From assembly GCF_009914755.1 (NCBI RefSeq), contig NC_060927.1: a DNA stretch of 64,000 nucleotides; one strand, given 5' to 3'. This document shows, one piece after another, positions 27,841 to 41,793 of this stretch; the stretch's first letter is position 1; each line of letters begins with the position of its first letter. The translations under genes were made by a program, and so were the position numbers. Origin of the DNA: the human T2T-CHM13v2.0 reference genome, Homo sapiens. The notes under the pieces were generated by a model, which saw nothing but the letters and a program-made list of their open reading frames with translations, was not told the DNA's origin and did no database searches.

Positions 27841-28020
27841 TCTACTGGAAAATAATTTTGAGTCCACATGCTTATGTGTGTCCTCCATATGCAGATAACG
27901 TAGACTAGGCTTTATCTCTGAGAGCCTAAAATAATATGATTCACATATGCAGAACTGTTTTCTTAACTTTTATCTTATATTTTAATATGTAAACTAGAAG
28001 GAGAGATTTTTAAAAGATTA

Positions 28021-28612
<592 letters not shown>

Positions 28613-29464
28613 TTAAACTTTATGCATATCAGAGTAACGGTTGCTGCAAAAAAAAAAAAAAGACAGGAACAAATAATCAATAGGCTATTTTTAAAAATCT
28701 GATACCTCATGTACCTCTACTTCCTAGAGCCACTAAAGGCTGTCTTTTAGAGTTAATTTTTTATTGCTGCCTTGCTAAGATGAGAACCATAGCTAGTCTT
28801 TGCCTGCTTTCTTGATTCTCACACACCATTAAGATTGAAGCTAATTTGTCACATTGACACTGAGGAATGTTATTATTCAAAGCTGAGTTAAAAAGGGAAT
28901 TTATAGAGAGCAAAACCAATAAGCCAAGCAGCTCTGACATTTAATTTTCTTGGAAACCTTTCCCATCGAACCAGGCGCGTCTGCACACTACACATTTGCA
29001 AAATGAAAAGTGGTGTTGTAGTAGGATAATCTCCTCATATAAATGATGAATGAATAATTTGAAAGAGATTGGATATTATAGGGGGCCCTTTCTCCTTCTT
29101 TTGTCCTCTCCCATCCTGCCCTGAAATGACATTTGTGGGTGGGTTCCAGCTTTTAGAGGTGATATGTTAAGTTCTGTTTTGTTCCTTTTTTTTTTTTTTA
29201 TCCTTAGGAATGGAGGGTTTGGGGAAGTGAATATGGATAATTTTTATTTATGTTTTTGGCCACCAGTTCCAGGTTTGTACTATTAAGAAAATTACTTCCT
29301 TGGACCATGAGCCCAAAGGGCAATAAACACTGTCCGTCTACCAAGAATTGCTTCAAAATCCTAATACAAACTAATTTAGGATTAGTTCAGGACACTATTG
29401 GCTTCCTAAGGTAGGCTAAGCTCACAGGAGAAACCATATTTGAGTATCCATTTAGCTTCCTGTT

Positions 29465-29880
29465 TTAGACAGGCTGAGTAATGCTAGTTGCTTTAATAAA
29501 AAGCCAAAATCTCAGTGGTTTGACATAATAAAAATTTATTTATTGTTAACATCCTGGGCCCAATGCAGGTTGACAGGAGGTGAGCTGGAGAGGGTTCATG
29601 TTCCGTATAGTCATTTAGGGACCCAGAACTCATCTATAATGTAGGTCTGCCATCTTCTGAAATCAGCATTTCTCTGCTGAGTTCAGTGTCTACCTGAAGG
29701 AAAGTGAGAAAGCTAGTGGATGGCGCATCATGCAGGGTAGGAGTGGGTGGGTGTGGATCCAGGCCATTAACTGGAACTCAGTCACATGGCCCCACCTAAC
29801 TGCAAGGGAATTTTGGAAATGTAGTTTAGCTCTGTGACCTGAAGAAGGAAGAAGCAAGTTTGGTAAACACATCATATTGA
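29465..29880 (-). mobile_element. Old MaLR LTR (MLT1K-like)
   Basis: ccaaaatctcagtggtttgacataataaaaatttattt...agtcacatggccccacctaactgcaaggga...gaaatgtagtttagct. Confidence 0.75.
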
Positions 29881-32184
29881 CTCTTCCTTGGTTCTCTTTC
29901 CTCTTACTACCTGTACTTGCATATGTACTCCTAGTCCCAGAGAAATCTACCTGTGATGTCACCAAGGCATTTAATTTAACTGATCTAGTGGTTTGGCAAA
30001 TATCCATCTGCTTCTGTATTATTCTATTTGCTTTTCTTTGGAAGGAGATGACCTTTACATAGAGAGGAGGACTTTCCTGCTATGAAGGGTAAACATGTAT
30101 AAACATGGACCCTCTTTAAATCATCGTATTTTTAAAGTGGAATTGTACAGGGAGTAAATGCCAACTGTTCATTATATACACATGGGAAGAGGGGATATCA
30201 TCCATTCATCCATTACATTGGGAAAAGCTTTGAATGATTGTTCCTGTCTACCAAGTCTTTCCTCTGTGTGGTAGAAGAGAGAATTCTAGGGCTTCAGGAT
30301 GACCAGAAGATAATCACATGATTTTTTAAAAGCTAGAGAGATTTCAGCTTGAATAATAATGGAACAAAGTATCACCAAGATGTCTAGTTAACAGAAGTTT
30401 ACTTGACAATTTGAGACACAGTGTTCTAAAGAGATTGGTTTATGCCCCTTGACTGTATTCCAAAATTCAGGATCTAAGAAATTCTCAACTCAAGTTGGTT
30501 CTTGATTAAGGAACCATTTAGACACATGAAGGACTTATTAAAGGCGGCCAAAAGTAGGGAAGAAAATTGACAAGGAACTAACAGGAGCTATGGATTGTTT
30601 TACATGCATGTGAGTTTTTGGCTTGTATATATAAATTTTCATCAAATCCTTCAGCAAAGCATGATAAAGGCATAGTTTGGCATTATTATTGGGTATGCAA
30701 ATTTCTATCCATGGACATTTTGGGACCATCAAATATGGCTCTCTTTGCTTTTGGTTGGAAGCCCGTACCCCAAGAGGGATGTAGAAAATGAAGTATTGCT
30801 TTCTTATTGATTGTAGTACTGACTTCATCTGCCAGGAAAAGGCTGGCACTGCAAGGAAAAAAAAAAATCTCATCACCATGGCAACAGAAATCTTAACTTT
30901 GATATCATATGAAAAGGAAATTATTTTTTCTCTGTTTTTAAGAATTGCAATTTTGTGAATGTGGAAGTGACCTTTGATAGCAGTGTTTTCTTAGAGCATC
31001 TGAGCCAGAGGGCTAATGTCCAAGGTAAAGGCCTTTAGGACTTTTAATATGGCAATCCTGATTTTATTTATATCAGGGGAAGAAACAATACTTAGACCAT
31101 GCAAGATATCATTTTCCTATCAAGAAAATGACCTCATTTTTATGCCACAGATATTTCAAGGGTAGAAGAATAAGAAATTTCATTTGCTGAACTTTCCTGG
31201 ATATTGCCAGGCCCCCAGAAATGGGGTGAAGGAGGAGGTAATTAAATTAATCTATATTGAATGTTACTATCCTCTTTTCCTGCTAAGTCAGTGACCACCT
31301 TCTGCTGTCATTAAACCCTTTAAGATGGTGGAACCAGTCCTATAAAGGACATCTGATTACTCTGGTTGAGAAAACTGAGCTTCTTTAAAAACAGAGCTGT
31401 GGAGAAATCACTTGCCTTCCTGTTTTAAAACCTTAAAATGACAGTAAGTCTAATCAGCCATATCTCTTCAGTAAAGCAGCAGGTCAGGGGCTGGGTACAA
31501 GAAGAGACCTGGCATTTATTGGTCACACAGTCTGTGCTGGGCACTGTGCTAGCTGCTTGAAGTATTCAGACAATATATTTGTGTTTTTCTTCCTCGCTCT
31601 TATGAACAAAGAGGAATATTGGCTCATACGGGATGTTACTGGAGGTAATCACTGCTATATGAGGATCTAAACTAATAGTTCAAGATATTCTTTAGCCATT
31701 GGTGCCAGATATGTTATGATTTGGTCAGAGTTATTGAAGAGCTGGTATTTCAATTAAATGGTAGTTCTTAGCAAAGAAAAAAAAAGTTCCCAGAGTACCA
31801 ATGTGGTTCATTTTTATTCTTAATGATTAAAAACATTAAATCATTTTTCATTAAAGTTAATTGAAGTGACAGACTATATTTTTGAGTAGTACTGTTATGA
31901 ATAGAACTCAAGGATTGGGGTGGGAGGATCTATAAGCAATACAACCATGCAAAAGTGGTTCTTTTAAGAAAAATACATAGAGGGAGGCAGACTCAGAGTA
32001 GGCAATTAGTTTCAGAAAATCACAGTCCCCTCCAGAGCCTTAATACCAGGTTTTCAATTCACCAAGTTTTCTCTCTCACTATTCATTATTTTAGCTTAGT
32101 AAGCAAACTTTCACCTATGTTAGTATGAAATAAGCCCCTTCTCCTCTGAAGTTTTGAGAAATGTTTATGAAAGTCACTATATCT

Positions 32185-32430
32185 GGCAGGGTATGCTGGT
32201 TTATTCTATGGTAAAAATCAACCACAAAATAACAGTAGGTGACAATCATACGAGTATATTTTTCACTCATGCCACATGCCAACAAGGATGGGCTTCAGCT
32301 CTGTTTAATGTCATCTTCACTCTGAGACCCACGCAGATGATATCACCTCTATCTGGAACTCTGCCAGTTTTGTGGTACAGGTAAAGAAAATATTCTCTCG
32401 TCAATCTTGCACTGGCCATTAAAGTCTCCT
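32185..32430 (-). mobile_element. Old MLT1 LTR fragment
   Basis: catcttcactctgagaccca...ctctatctggaactctgccagttttgtgg...cttgcactggccattaaag. Confidence 0.5.
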
Positions 32431-33039
32431 TCCCAACTTCCTGCTTCTACCTAGTCAAGATTCATATGTTATCACTGCCCAGTGGAAAGCTACTGAATAA
32501 TTTGAGGTGTACTAGTGTAGGAATCAGATTGGATTTTTAGAAGCTAGGAGGTAGAGGGCAGGAAACCAGTGGGAGGCTATTACAAGTGCCTGCTGCTGGA
32601 CGTGGACCCTGCTGTGAATGAATCGATGGGGTAAAATCATGATGCTGCCATCCTGTTATTTAAAACCTGATTACTGATGCACCCAGACTGCTTGAATATG
32701 TCTCTGTGGTGCTGACATGCCAGAGTGGCCCAACTTCTCAAGACCAATCTTTCCAATCAGATTAGTTTCCCAGCTCTGCCCCTATCCCACTCTGTCCCAA
32801 AATAGCTCCAGCTGGCTATTTTGCTGAGATCATGTATGTCCCATGGCCAAAGCTGCACAAGCTCTGACAGCTTGAAGAACCAGTGTTTGGATGCAGGAGG
32901 AAGAGTTACAATTGCAAGGGAAGGATACACTGAGGTTTATTTCCTAGTAAGATGTAGGGGGCAAGAGTTTCAGCTTGGGTTATTGAAAGAGTAAGTCCAT
33001 TACCGAAATATAAAAGCAGTTGAAATATGTATTGAAACT

Positions 33040-33350
33040 AGTTTACTCCTCTTATTTTGGACACATTGAGTAGGAGATTTGAGCAGTACTTTTCTGAGGA
33101 GTTGTCCAGCAGGCATGTGGGAAGCTCAGGGAGGTGTCCGTAGTTAGAGGCATCACTAATGCAGAGGTAACTAAGATTTGAGAGTTTTGAAGTAATTGCC
33201 TAGGGAGAGTGTTTAGAGGAAGAAAAGAGTGTGGAGCCTAGGATAGGCAGGAATGTCCATTTAAGAGGAGTCAGAGGAGGAGACAGAATAATGAACTGAG
33301 AGGAATGTGGAGTGAGGAGAAATGCATCAGGAAAGTGGGATGCCTAGGAA
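33040..33350 (-). mobile_element. L2 fragment
   Basis: ttttggacacattgagt...ctgaggagttgtccagcaggca...cctagggagagtgtttagaggaagaaaagag. Confidence 0.55.
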
Positions 33351-33670
33351 GCTAGCATTTCAGTAGCTAGCTAGGGAGGAATTACAGCAGGAAGGGGTTT
33401 TGGAGGAGGAAAGTCCTGAAGGAAACATGTTTGAATCGCCACAGGGAAGGAGAGAGGACATTTCCTGTGGGGAGTTAATACTGAGGTGGAAATGAGCGGC
33501 TCCAGGCTTTTTTGTGAGTATGCACAGGAGGAAGCAGGTGAGGAGGCCAGCTTCATGAGAAAGGAGAATGCATTGGGAAGCAAGAAAAGGTGAGATCGGG
33601 CAATGCTGAGGAAACTTCATATACTAGTCAAGAGGAGGCCTATATGGATTCCTGAAAAAGAAGTTTACAC

Positions 33671-33711
33671 TGTGTGTGTGTGTGTGCGCGTGTGTGCGTG
33701 CATGTGTGTGT
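33671..33711 (+). repeat. (TG)n/(CG) alternating purine-pyrimidine microsatellite
   Basis: tgtgtgtgtgtgtgtgcgcgtgtgtgcgtgcatgtgtgtgt. Confidence 0.9.
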
Positions 33712-34214
33712 AGAAAAAGAAGCCAGTAGCTTCAGCAGAAAGGTAGAAAAATCCATGAGAAATCTTTTTCAGGAATCCATACCTGAAGTGTTTGTTAGCC
33801 TAGGTCAAAGTACATTCTTAAACTAGGAGAGAAGGCTCTAGAAAGAATTTGAGCATTGCTTTACAAAGCAACATTTCCTTTTTTATGACTAAGGGAGCAG
33901 AAGTGTGTGGATCTAATCTTCAGTGTGGGAGGCTAAACAAGAGGCAAAACTTTGTCATTAAGTCAACATAAAAAGGCTTTTTAACAGTTGCACTTTCCCC
34001 TCAATTAAAAAAAAGCTATCAAAATCAAAGATAAATGATGTTCTTTTGGTCACTTTTTAGAAAGCCTAAAGAAATAAATGTTCAGAGATAATTCAATGAA
34101 TGAAAAGCATTTATGAGGAGCCTGTGTGGTTACTGATGATGTGGGCATTTGGTAGGTTTGGGTTTTCAAGGCTAATTTTTAAGAAACTCTACATTTTTTT
34201 TTATCTTGTAGGAA

Positions 34215-34430
34215 GAAGCATGGTTTGATAGAAGGACAGTGAGCTTAGCAAAGTCCTGAGTTGGAATCATGGCTCTGCTTTATGACCCTGAGTAACCTAA
34301 ACTTTCTTAGCACTCCAAAAAAATAAGATTGCCGATACCTATTTTATGAGGCCTATGTGAAGCCATCAGTGAAACAGTCCCATCTGGCATGTTGCTGGGC
34401 ACACAGTCATTGCACAATAAATGTTCATTT
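34215..34430 (+). mobile_element. MIR SINE
   Basis: agcatggtttgatagaagg...tcctgagttggaatcatggctctgc...ctgggcacacagtca...aataaatgtt. Confidence 0.6.
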
Positions 34431-34654
34431 CCTTTGCTTTTACTTACAATTCCAACATAGTACCCAGATAAATGACAGGGCTTTAGGTATACTTTCAGGT
34501 CTCTTTCTCATATTACTGATCAACTGGAATAAGGAGATGGGCATTTTTCTTTTACATAATTAGGCTTTTTGTATAAAAATTGAGTTTACTATTAAACTGA
34601 TTAAATATAAACATTAGCTGAAATCAATCTTATTTATAAAATATTTAATTGTAA

Positions 34655-34996
<342 letters not shown>

Positions 34997-36179
34997 GAAC
35001 ATTAATTCCTAAATCATATCAACTTCTACTTAATTTAACTTTATCTTTTTTCCCCACAAATTAGTAATATAAGCAATTTCACTGGACACTTCCTTGAGAT
35101 TCTGACTTCTTTGAGTGTGTTTATGCCAGTTTTTCTGTGGACAGTTTTCTGAATTCATTAATACTATTTTTTCAAATTGCATCTCTTCTGTAGAAACTAG
35201 ATTCATCCTAACAAAGAAAAATAAGTTGCCTTTTCTGGTAGTTTTTTAAAAAATTACCTTCCTGAATGTTCAAACTTACCAGAATCAAAAATGAAAACAA
35301 AAGCCCCATGATGTGTTTTCAGTGTGAAATTCCATGGTTTTTTTTTTTTTCTGATCAGCAGGGGAACAAATTCACTTTATCTAAGTTCTACCATCTCTAC
35401 TGGCCAGAGAGGCTACCTAGGTGTGTGCAAAACACAACATGGGTTGGGACCAATTTCCTTTCTAATAAGGAGCAGCTTTCTTATGTTAAAGGCTTTAGAT
35501 CTCCTTCCTGGTTTTAAATGCAATCTCATGAAATTGTAACTATTTAAATCCTGTACAGCAAATCCCAAAATCATAGAAATGTAAAAATTTTAAATACAGA
35601 GATCTGTTCAGATATGGCATAATAGTTACCATGTATACTGACATAGTGAGATACAGTGTCTGCCCCCCGGCACTAACACTTGACATGTGTGTGCATGTCT
35701 CTCAAAGGACAATAGATGACAGATGACTATTTAAACATCCATTATGTAAATCATGTATGATCTTAAATCTGGAAAGAACAACCTTGTTATTATTTATAAA
35801 ATATTTCTTATAAACAAAAAGTTCACATCCTGAATTTTTTCACATTTGAACTTGTTAATCCTGTTTGCTCTATGTGGAAGAATAATAAAAACAATCATAA
35901 TAAGAAACGACAACTAATTATACTTCTTTATAATTTAGAGGATACTTCCACATGTATTGTCTAATGTAATACTTGTAATGAGCAATCCCTGAAGGTAATA
36001 CCGTGTCTCATTTTTAAAGGTAAGCAAACTGAGGCCCACAAAATTTAAGTAATGTATAATATCTCATCCTAAGGGAGAGACTAAGACAAGATCCAAGATC
36101 TCATAATTTTGTACCCTACTTTTTTTCTATCATATTTATTGCTTTTCTCTTCCAAACATTCTTCTTGACATCCTTTCCA

Positions 36180-36465
36180 CCATTCATGGTTCATCTCAGC
36201 TATCATCTTCTTTATGTGGGTTTCCCTCTAGTCATCCCGTCTGGAGGAAATTTTTCCTATTCTCTTGTAATGCAGCATACGGTATTTCTGTTGTGGCTCT
36301 TAACCTACAGTGCCTTTGTGTTGTCATTATTACTGTATGTGTCAATTACCACTCCTAGATGGGTAAGCTCCTTGAGTCCGCGGGATATATTGTACCACTT
36401 ATTGGTAGTAGACATGCAGGAAAAGTGTGAATGAGTGAATGAATGGATTAATATGAATAAATGAA
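36180..36465 (+). mobile_element. L2 3' end fragment
   Basis: ctagatgggtaagctccttgag...gtgaatgagtgaatgaatgga. Confidence 0.55.
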
Positions 36466-37364
36466 CCAGTGACATTCTAAGAGTCTCTGCCAGGAAGCAG
36501 TGTTGTTATGACTTAGCCAAGGATCTTTCCTCTTAGAGTTGCTAATAAAGTGGGAAAATGAGCTCAGATATAATCTGAAGTGGAGCTTTGAACACAAACA
36601 GTACATGACAAACCTATACGTGGTGAGCACACCTATTTTGCTGTGGTCTTCTCTTTACCAATGTTTCTTTAATTTCCCTTTCCATGCCAGTACTTCTTGC
36701 AGGCCACGTTAGCTCTGGGGCAATCAGATAGATATGTCTCACCTTTTTCTTTTGCTATCTGACAGTTCTTTCATTTGGAATGCTGAAGAGACTTTTCAAT
36801 CTTTGTCCACCTTTTACAGATATAGCAAATCCTTTAGCTGTTGGTAAGCCATTGGCCACACTGGTCTCCTTGTCATCTTCTCATTGTTTTTAATCTTCTC
36901 ATGTCTATGGCCTCCTTGACCACTGTGTTCTAATTGGAGCAGCAAGGAAATTCTTTTTGAAGGAGGTCACACTGGCTGTCCTGATACCCTGTGATACAAT
37001 CATTGTAGGAATATTATATGTGCTGCTTTTTTGAGTAGGAAAAATACCAAGATATTTTGAATAGGGCTCCCACAGAGCTTTTTATCACCACGTAGCCTAT
37101 GAGCTTGGAGCCTACCAGTGGTATACAAGATTGCTAATCAAAATGGAAACCAGTTAGCAAGATAATTAGAAAACAAGTACAATATTTCTTTCCAGAATAG
37201 ATAGTTTCAAATGATGATGGTGGCCATGTAGCTTGATGTAGTCCTTTTTGAAAGTAATTTGGCAGCTATATCATAAATTTACATGTTTATACCTCTTTTG
37301 ATGTGACAGTTTTCTTCTGGGAGTCTAGTCAAAGGAAATCTAAAGTTAATAGTATAAATGCAGT

Positions 37365-37780
37365 GCATCAGGTAGGGGATTGCATTCAGCAGTGTCAGAG
37401 AAACCATCACAGTGGTTTAACACAATAGACATTTATCCATCTCAAGTAACAAGAAGTGAATAGACCAACATTCAGGGCTGCTGAGTCAGCTCCATGATGC
37501 CATTGACATCCCAAGGCTCCTTCAGTGACTTTTGTCCTCTTTGTGCTTTTGTGATTGTAGGATGGCAAGTTTATCACATGTCATTCTTCCAGGTGGGAAG
37601 AGAAAAAGGGAAGGAGAACAGGCAAAACTTACCTGGAAATCCCGGGTAGACTTCTCGTTTCTCGTTAGCCAGAATTGTGTCCCTGCTACCAGTAAGAGAG
37701 GCTGAGAAATTAATATTTGGGTTAGGTACACTGTCAGGTTAGACAAAATTAGGAAATTGAGAGAATGACTATTAGTAAAA
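37365..37780 (-). mobile_element. Old MaLR LTR (MLT1J-like)
   Basis: cagtggtttaacacaatagacatttat...taacaagaagt...cagctccatgatgccat...ttagccagaattgtgtc. Confidence 0.7.
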
Positions 37781-38049
37781 CGATGTATTAGTAATGTCTT
37801 CTATGGAAATCAATGTGCTGATGATAACAAAAGTAAGATGATGCAGGCACACAATATCCATTCACAGAGTAACAGATAAACAAAATGATATAACATAGAC
37901 TACTATGTAACTGCAGTATATTAGTCATAGTTTGTTCAGGAAAACAGAAGCCACTCTCTGAGGAATAGGAAACATTTTAGTACAGGTAATTAAAGGTTTT
38001 TGTATTACCTTTGGAGGGCTGGAGGAGTGAAGATCAGAAAGGGCTATCA

Positions 38050-38560
38050 TCATAGCTTGGATCCTTTCAAAGCACAGCCTAAGGCAAGGAGTTATGAGCA
38101 GGCGGTTTATTTGGGAGGTGATACCAGGGATCCGCAGTGGTAGAGTGAGGAAAAAGGAATGGCCAACATAGGGGTGTGTTACAGAGGTTGCATTTGGTAG
38201 GTAGGAGCTTGATTCTATCAAAATCTAATGAGAAGCACACAGAGTACCTTCCAGAATTGTCCACCCAAAGTATGGAAGGTAGGAGGATTTCTCTATTGGC
38301 TCCTAGGACTTGCCCCCAGGGATATTAACTCCCTGTATTTCTGAGCTGTACACACGTATGTGGGCCCAACTAACTCCCATGGCATCTGCATTGTTGGAGA
38401 AACTCTACAACAGAAAGTAGAAATGTGGAGCCTGCACCCGAGGTAGAATACTTCCAGCATGATATGAGTTGAAGGCTGTATGGAACTGTGCAGTCATGGC
38501 TGAAATCAGAGGTGAAGCCAAGAAAATATGAGCCAGGGTACAGAGGTATCTGCTACAGCA
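38050..38560 (-). mobile_element. ERVL LTR (LTR16/LTR33-like), apparently inside another old LTR spanning ~37915-38900
   Basis: agcacagcctaaggcaagga...ggtttatttgggaggtgataccaggga...gaggtatctgctaca. Confidence 0.55.
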
Positions 38561-39512
38561 AATTTCAGAAACTCAGACATGAGAGTCATAAGGAAGTGAC
38601 CACCAAAAGTCTTACTTCCTTTCTGTAATCAAATGACTGGTCCTCTGGTTTGTTAGAAGCCTCTGACAAAACCTTCCATCTTTTGTCTACCACTACCCCA
38701 TAGCTGACACTGGAGAATAATGGCTTCTCCTTCTCTTTCATCTTTCTAATGACATGCAAGTATCTTCAAATGGTGGGATTAATGCAAATCCTGAGAGAAA
38801 AGTCTCTGAGAGATGTAGTTTCCAGGCGTCATGCCCCTGAGGTACAAGAGAGAGCTCAGAAGGGTGAGCGTTGTCCTGAGTATTGATAAATGGTACCTGG
38901 CTCATCAGCAACTGATGAATTATTTATGAAGAATTTTCGTATAACTTGTTTTTATCACCTCTAGTTAAACCCACTGGCGAGAGAGGGATTCCCACCCTAG
39001 GATTATGTGGATTTTGAGAATGGCAAAACACACAACTCCTAACACTAGATAGATGTGGTCAATAGACATTTAGTAGTCATATATACTCATAGCTTTGGGA
39101 GAAGCTTTCTTTATACCATTCAGGGCCACATGGGAGTTGCATATGGTAAGAGTGTGAACAACCAGAGGCCATTTTATAGGATCAAGAGGATGGGGTACCC
39201 CCTGGTTCCCTCAAGAGGATAAAATTGATTTCTTTGAATAATTCTACTGACTGACAAGTAACTGCAAACCACTACTCAGGGATAAGCAGGAACTGCACCT
39301 GGTCGTTTGGATAAGGAGGGCAGTTTGGCCAGGGGATCTTACATGTGAACTGAAGCCTCAATTTTAGACCTTACATCATGTGAACAGCAAACAGTCTTTA
39401 CTAGTTTGGGTAGAGAAAAAAAGGGCACATCTTTTGTAAAGATTAAAATTAAGTGACACTCATTTAATTATCTCATTTTGCAAAGAAATCCTTTCTCCTC
39501 AAGATTTCCTCT

Positions 39513-41098
39513 ATTATGTGTCTTGGCATTGCTCTTCTCGAGGTGTGTCTTTGTGGCGTTCTCTGTATTTCCTGAATTTGAATGTCGGCCTGCCTTGCTA
39601 GGTTGGGGAAGTTCTCTTCCAGGAGTGGAAACACTCCTGCAGAGTGTTTTCCAACTTGGTTCCATTCTCCCTGTCACTTTCAGGTACACCAATCAGACGT
39701 AGATTTGGTCTTTTCACATACTCCCATATTTCTTGGAGGCTTCGTTTCTTTTTACTCTTTTTTCTCTACACTTGTCTTCCCACTTCATTTCATTCATTTG
39801 ATCTTCAATCACTGATACCCTTTCTTCCACTTGATTGAATCAGCTACTGAAGGTTGTGCATTCGTCACCTAGTTCTTGTGCCATGGTTTTCAGCTCCATC
39901 AGGTCCCTTAAGGACTTCTCTGCATTGGTTATTCTAGTTAGCCATTCGTCTAATCTTTTTTCAAGGTTTTTAGCTTCTTTGCAATGGGTTCGAACTTCCT
40001 CCTTTAGCTCGGAGAAGTTTGATCATCTGAAGCCTTCTTCTCTCAACTCATCAAAGTCATTCTCTGTCCAGCTTTGTTCTGTTGCTGGCGAGGAGCTGCA
40101 TTCCTTTGGAGGAGAAAAGGCACTCTGATTTTTAGAATTTTCAGCTTTTCTACTCTGATTTCTCCCCATCTTTGTGGTTTTATCTACCTTTGGTCTTTGA
40201 TGATGGTGACGTACAGTTAGAGTTTTGGTGTGGATGTCCTTTCTGTTTGTTAGTTTTCCTTCTAACAGTCAGGACCCTCAGCTGCAGGTCTGTTGGAGTT
40301 TGCTGGAGGTCCACTCCAGACCCTGTTTGCCTGGGTATCACCAGCGGAGGCTGCAGAACAGCAAATATTGCAGAACAGCAAATGTTGCTGCCTAATCGTT
40401 CCTCTGGAAGCTTCGTCTCAGAGGGGCACCCAGCCGTATGAGGTGTCAGTCGGCCTCTACTGGGAGGTGCCTCCCAGTACCCCACTTGAGGAGGCAGTCT
40501 GTCCATTCTCAGATCTCAAACTCCGTGCTGGGAGAACCACTACTCTCTTCAAAGCTGTCAGACTGGGACGTTTAAGTCTGCAGAAGTTTCTGCTGCCTTT
40601 TTTTCAGCTATGCCTTGCCCCCAGAGGTGGAGTCTACAGAAGCAGGCAGGCCTCCTTGAGCTGTGGTGGATTCCACCCAGTTCGAGCTTCATGGCTGCTT
40701 TGTTTACCTACTCAAGCCTCAGCAATGGCAGGCACCCCTACCCCAGCCTCACTGCCACCTTGCAGTTCGATCTCAGACTGCTGTGCTAGCAGTGAGTGAG
40801 GCTCCATGGGCATGGGACCCTCCAAGCCAGGCACGGGATATAATCTCCTGGTGTGCCGTTTGCTAAGACCGTTGGAAAAGCGCAGTATTAGGGTAGGAGT
40901 GACCCGATTTTCCAGGTGCCGTCTGTCACGGCTTCCCTTGGCTAGGAAAGGGAATTCCCTTACCCCTTGTGCTTACCAGGTGAGGCAATGCCTCGCCCTG
41001 CTTCTGCTTATGCTCGGTAGGCTGCACCCACTCTCCTGCACCCACCGTCCAACAAGCCCCAGTGAGATGAACCCAGTATCTCAGTTGGAAATGCGGAA
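39513..41098 (-). mobile_element. Isolated L1 (L1PA5/6-like) 5'UTR plus N-terminal ORF1, truncated at both ends
   Basis: Continuous L1 5'UTR/ORF1 similarity; lacks the first ~70-80 nt and everything after mid-ORF1; no poly(A), no TSD. Confidence 0.93.
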
Positions 41099-41541
41099 CA
41101 TGGGATTGGAAAATATTTGAATGAATGCACACCTGAACCAGAAAGCGAGCTCAGCCAAGAGAGAAGTTCTGAGCTCACTACTTATGCTTCTGCAGGCACT
41201 TGCTGTCCCTAGCCATCCAGCAGTCGTTCTCACAGTGGCCATGATGTCCATGGGTTAAACACCACTTTGTCCCTGGTCGGAGAAGAATACAGACTCTTCT
41301 CGTTGAATCTGAAACCCAATCCTCCCTGCCTCAACAACTGCTGCCACAACTTTTAGCGGATTTAAAGGAAAGCAAAGAGAATCCAGAGCCTAAGAAGCAT
41401 TGCCCACCCAATCTGCTCTTATATCAATGACTTCCCAGGGTCAGAAATTGTATATAATGGTTTTCTGTATTACACACTCATTGTTTTTGTCTTATGTTGT
41501 TGTTTCCTCCCTAGTCCCCACATTTGTCCCAGCCTTTATTA

Positions 41542-41746
41542 ACTATGTTGTCCAATATGGTAATCATTAGCCACATGTAGCTGTTTAAATGTAAATGAAT
41601 TAAAATTTAAAATTTGGTTCCCTAGTTAAACTAAACATGTTTGTTTTAAATGCTTAGTAACCACATGTAGCTAGTAGCTACTCTATTGGACAGTAGAATT
41701 TATAGAACATTTCTATCATCACAGAAAATTCGCTTGGACAGCACCC
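41542..41746. mobile_element. MER3-like hAT-Charlie MITE
   Basis: tgtccaatatggta...agccacatgtagct...ctattggacag...agaacatttctatcatcacagaaa...ttggacagcac. Confidence 0.8.
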
Positions 41747-41757
41747 CTTATGTTAAT

Positions 41758-41793
41758 TTTGGAGGATCATTTGGAGGATCATTTGGAGGATCA
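41758..41793 (+). repeat. Perfect 12-bp tandem repeat (tttggaggatca)x3
   Basis: Seen directly. Confidence 0.95.

Noticed and set aside
30538-30879. 113-aa minus-strand ORF with an internal polypyrimidine/AG acceptor (~30850)
   Set aside because: No recognisable homology or clear downstream donor; a non-coding exon cannot be excluded but is unsupported
39513-41098. Local duplication of the 5' end of the neighbouring L1PA7-like element
   Set aside because: 5'UTR and ORF1 start differ diagnostically (atggggagaaatcag vs atgaggaaaaac), so the two are independent subfamilies
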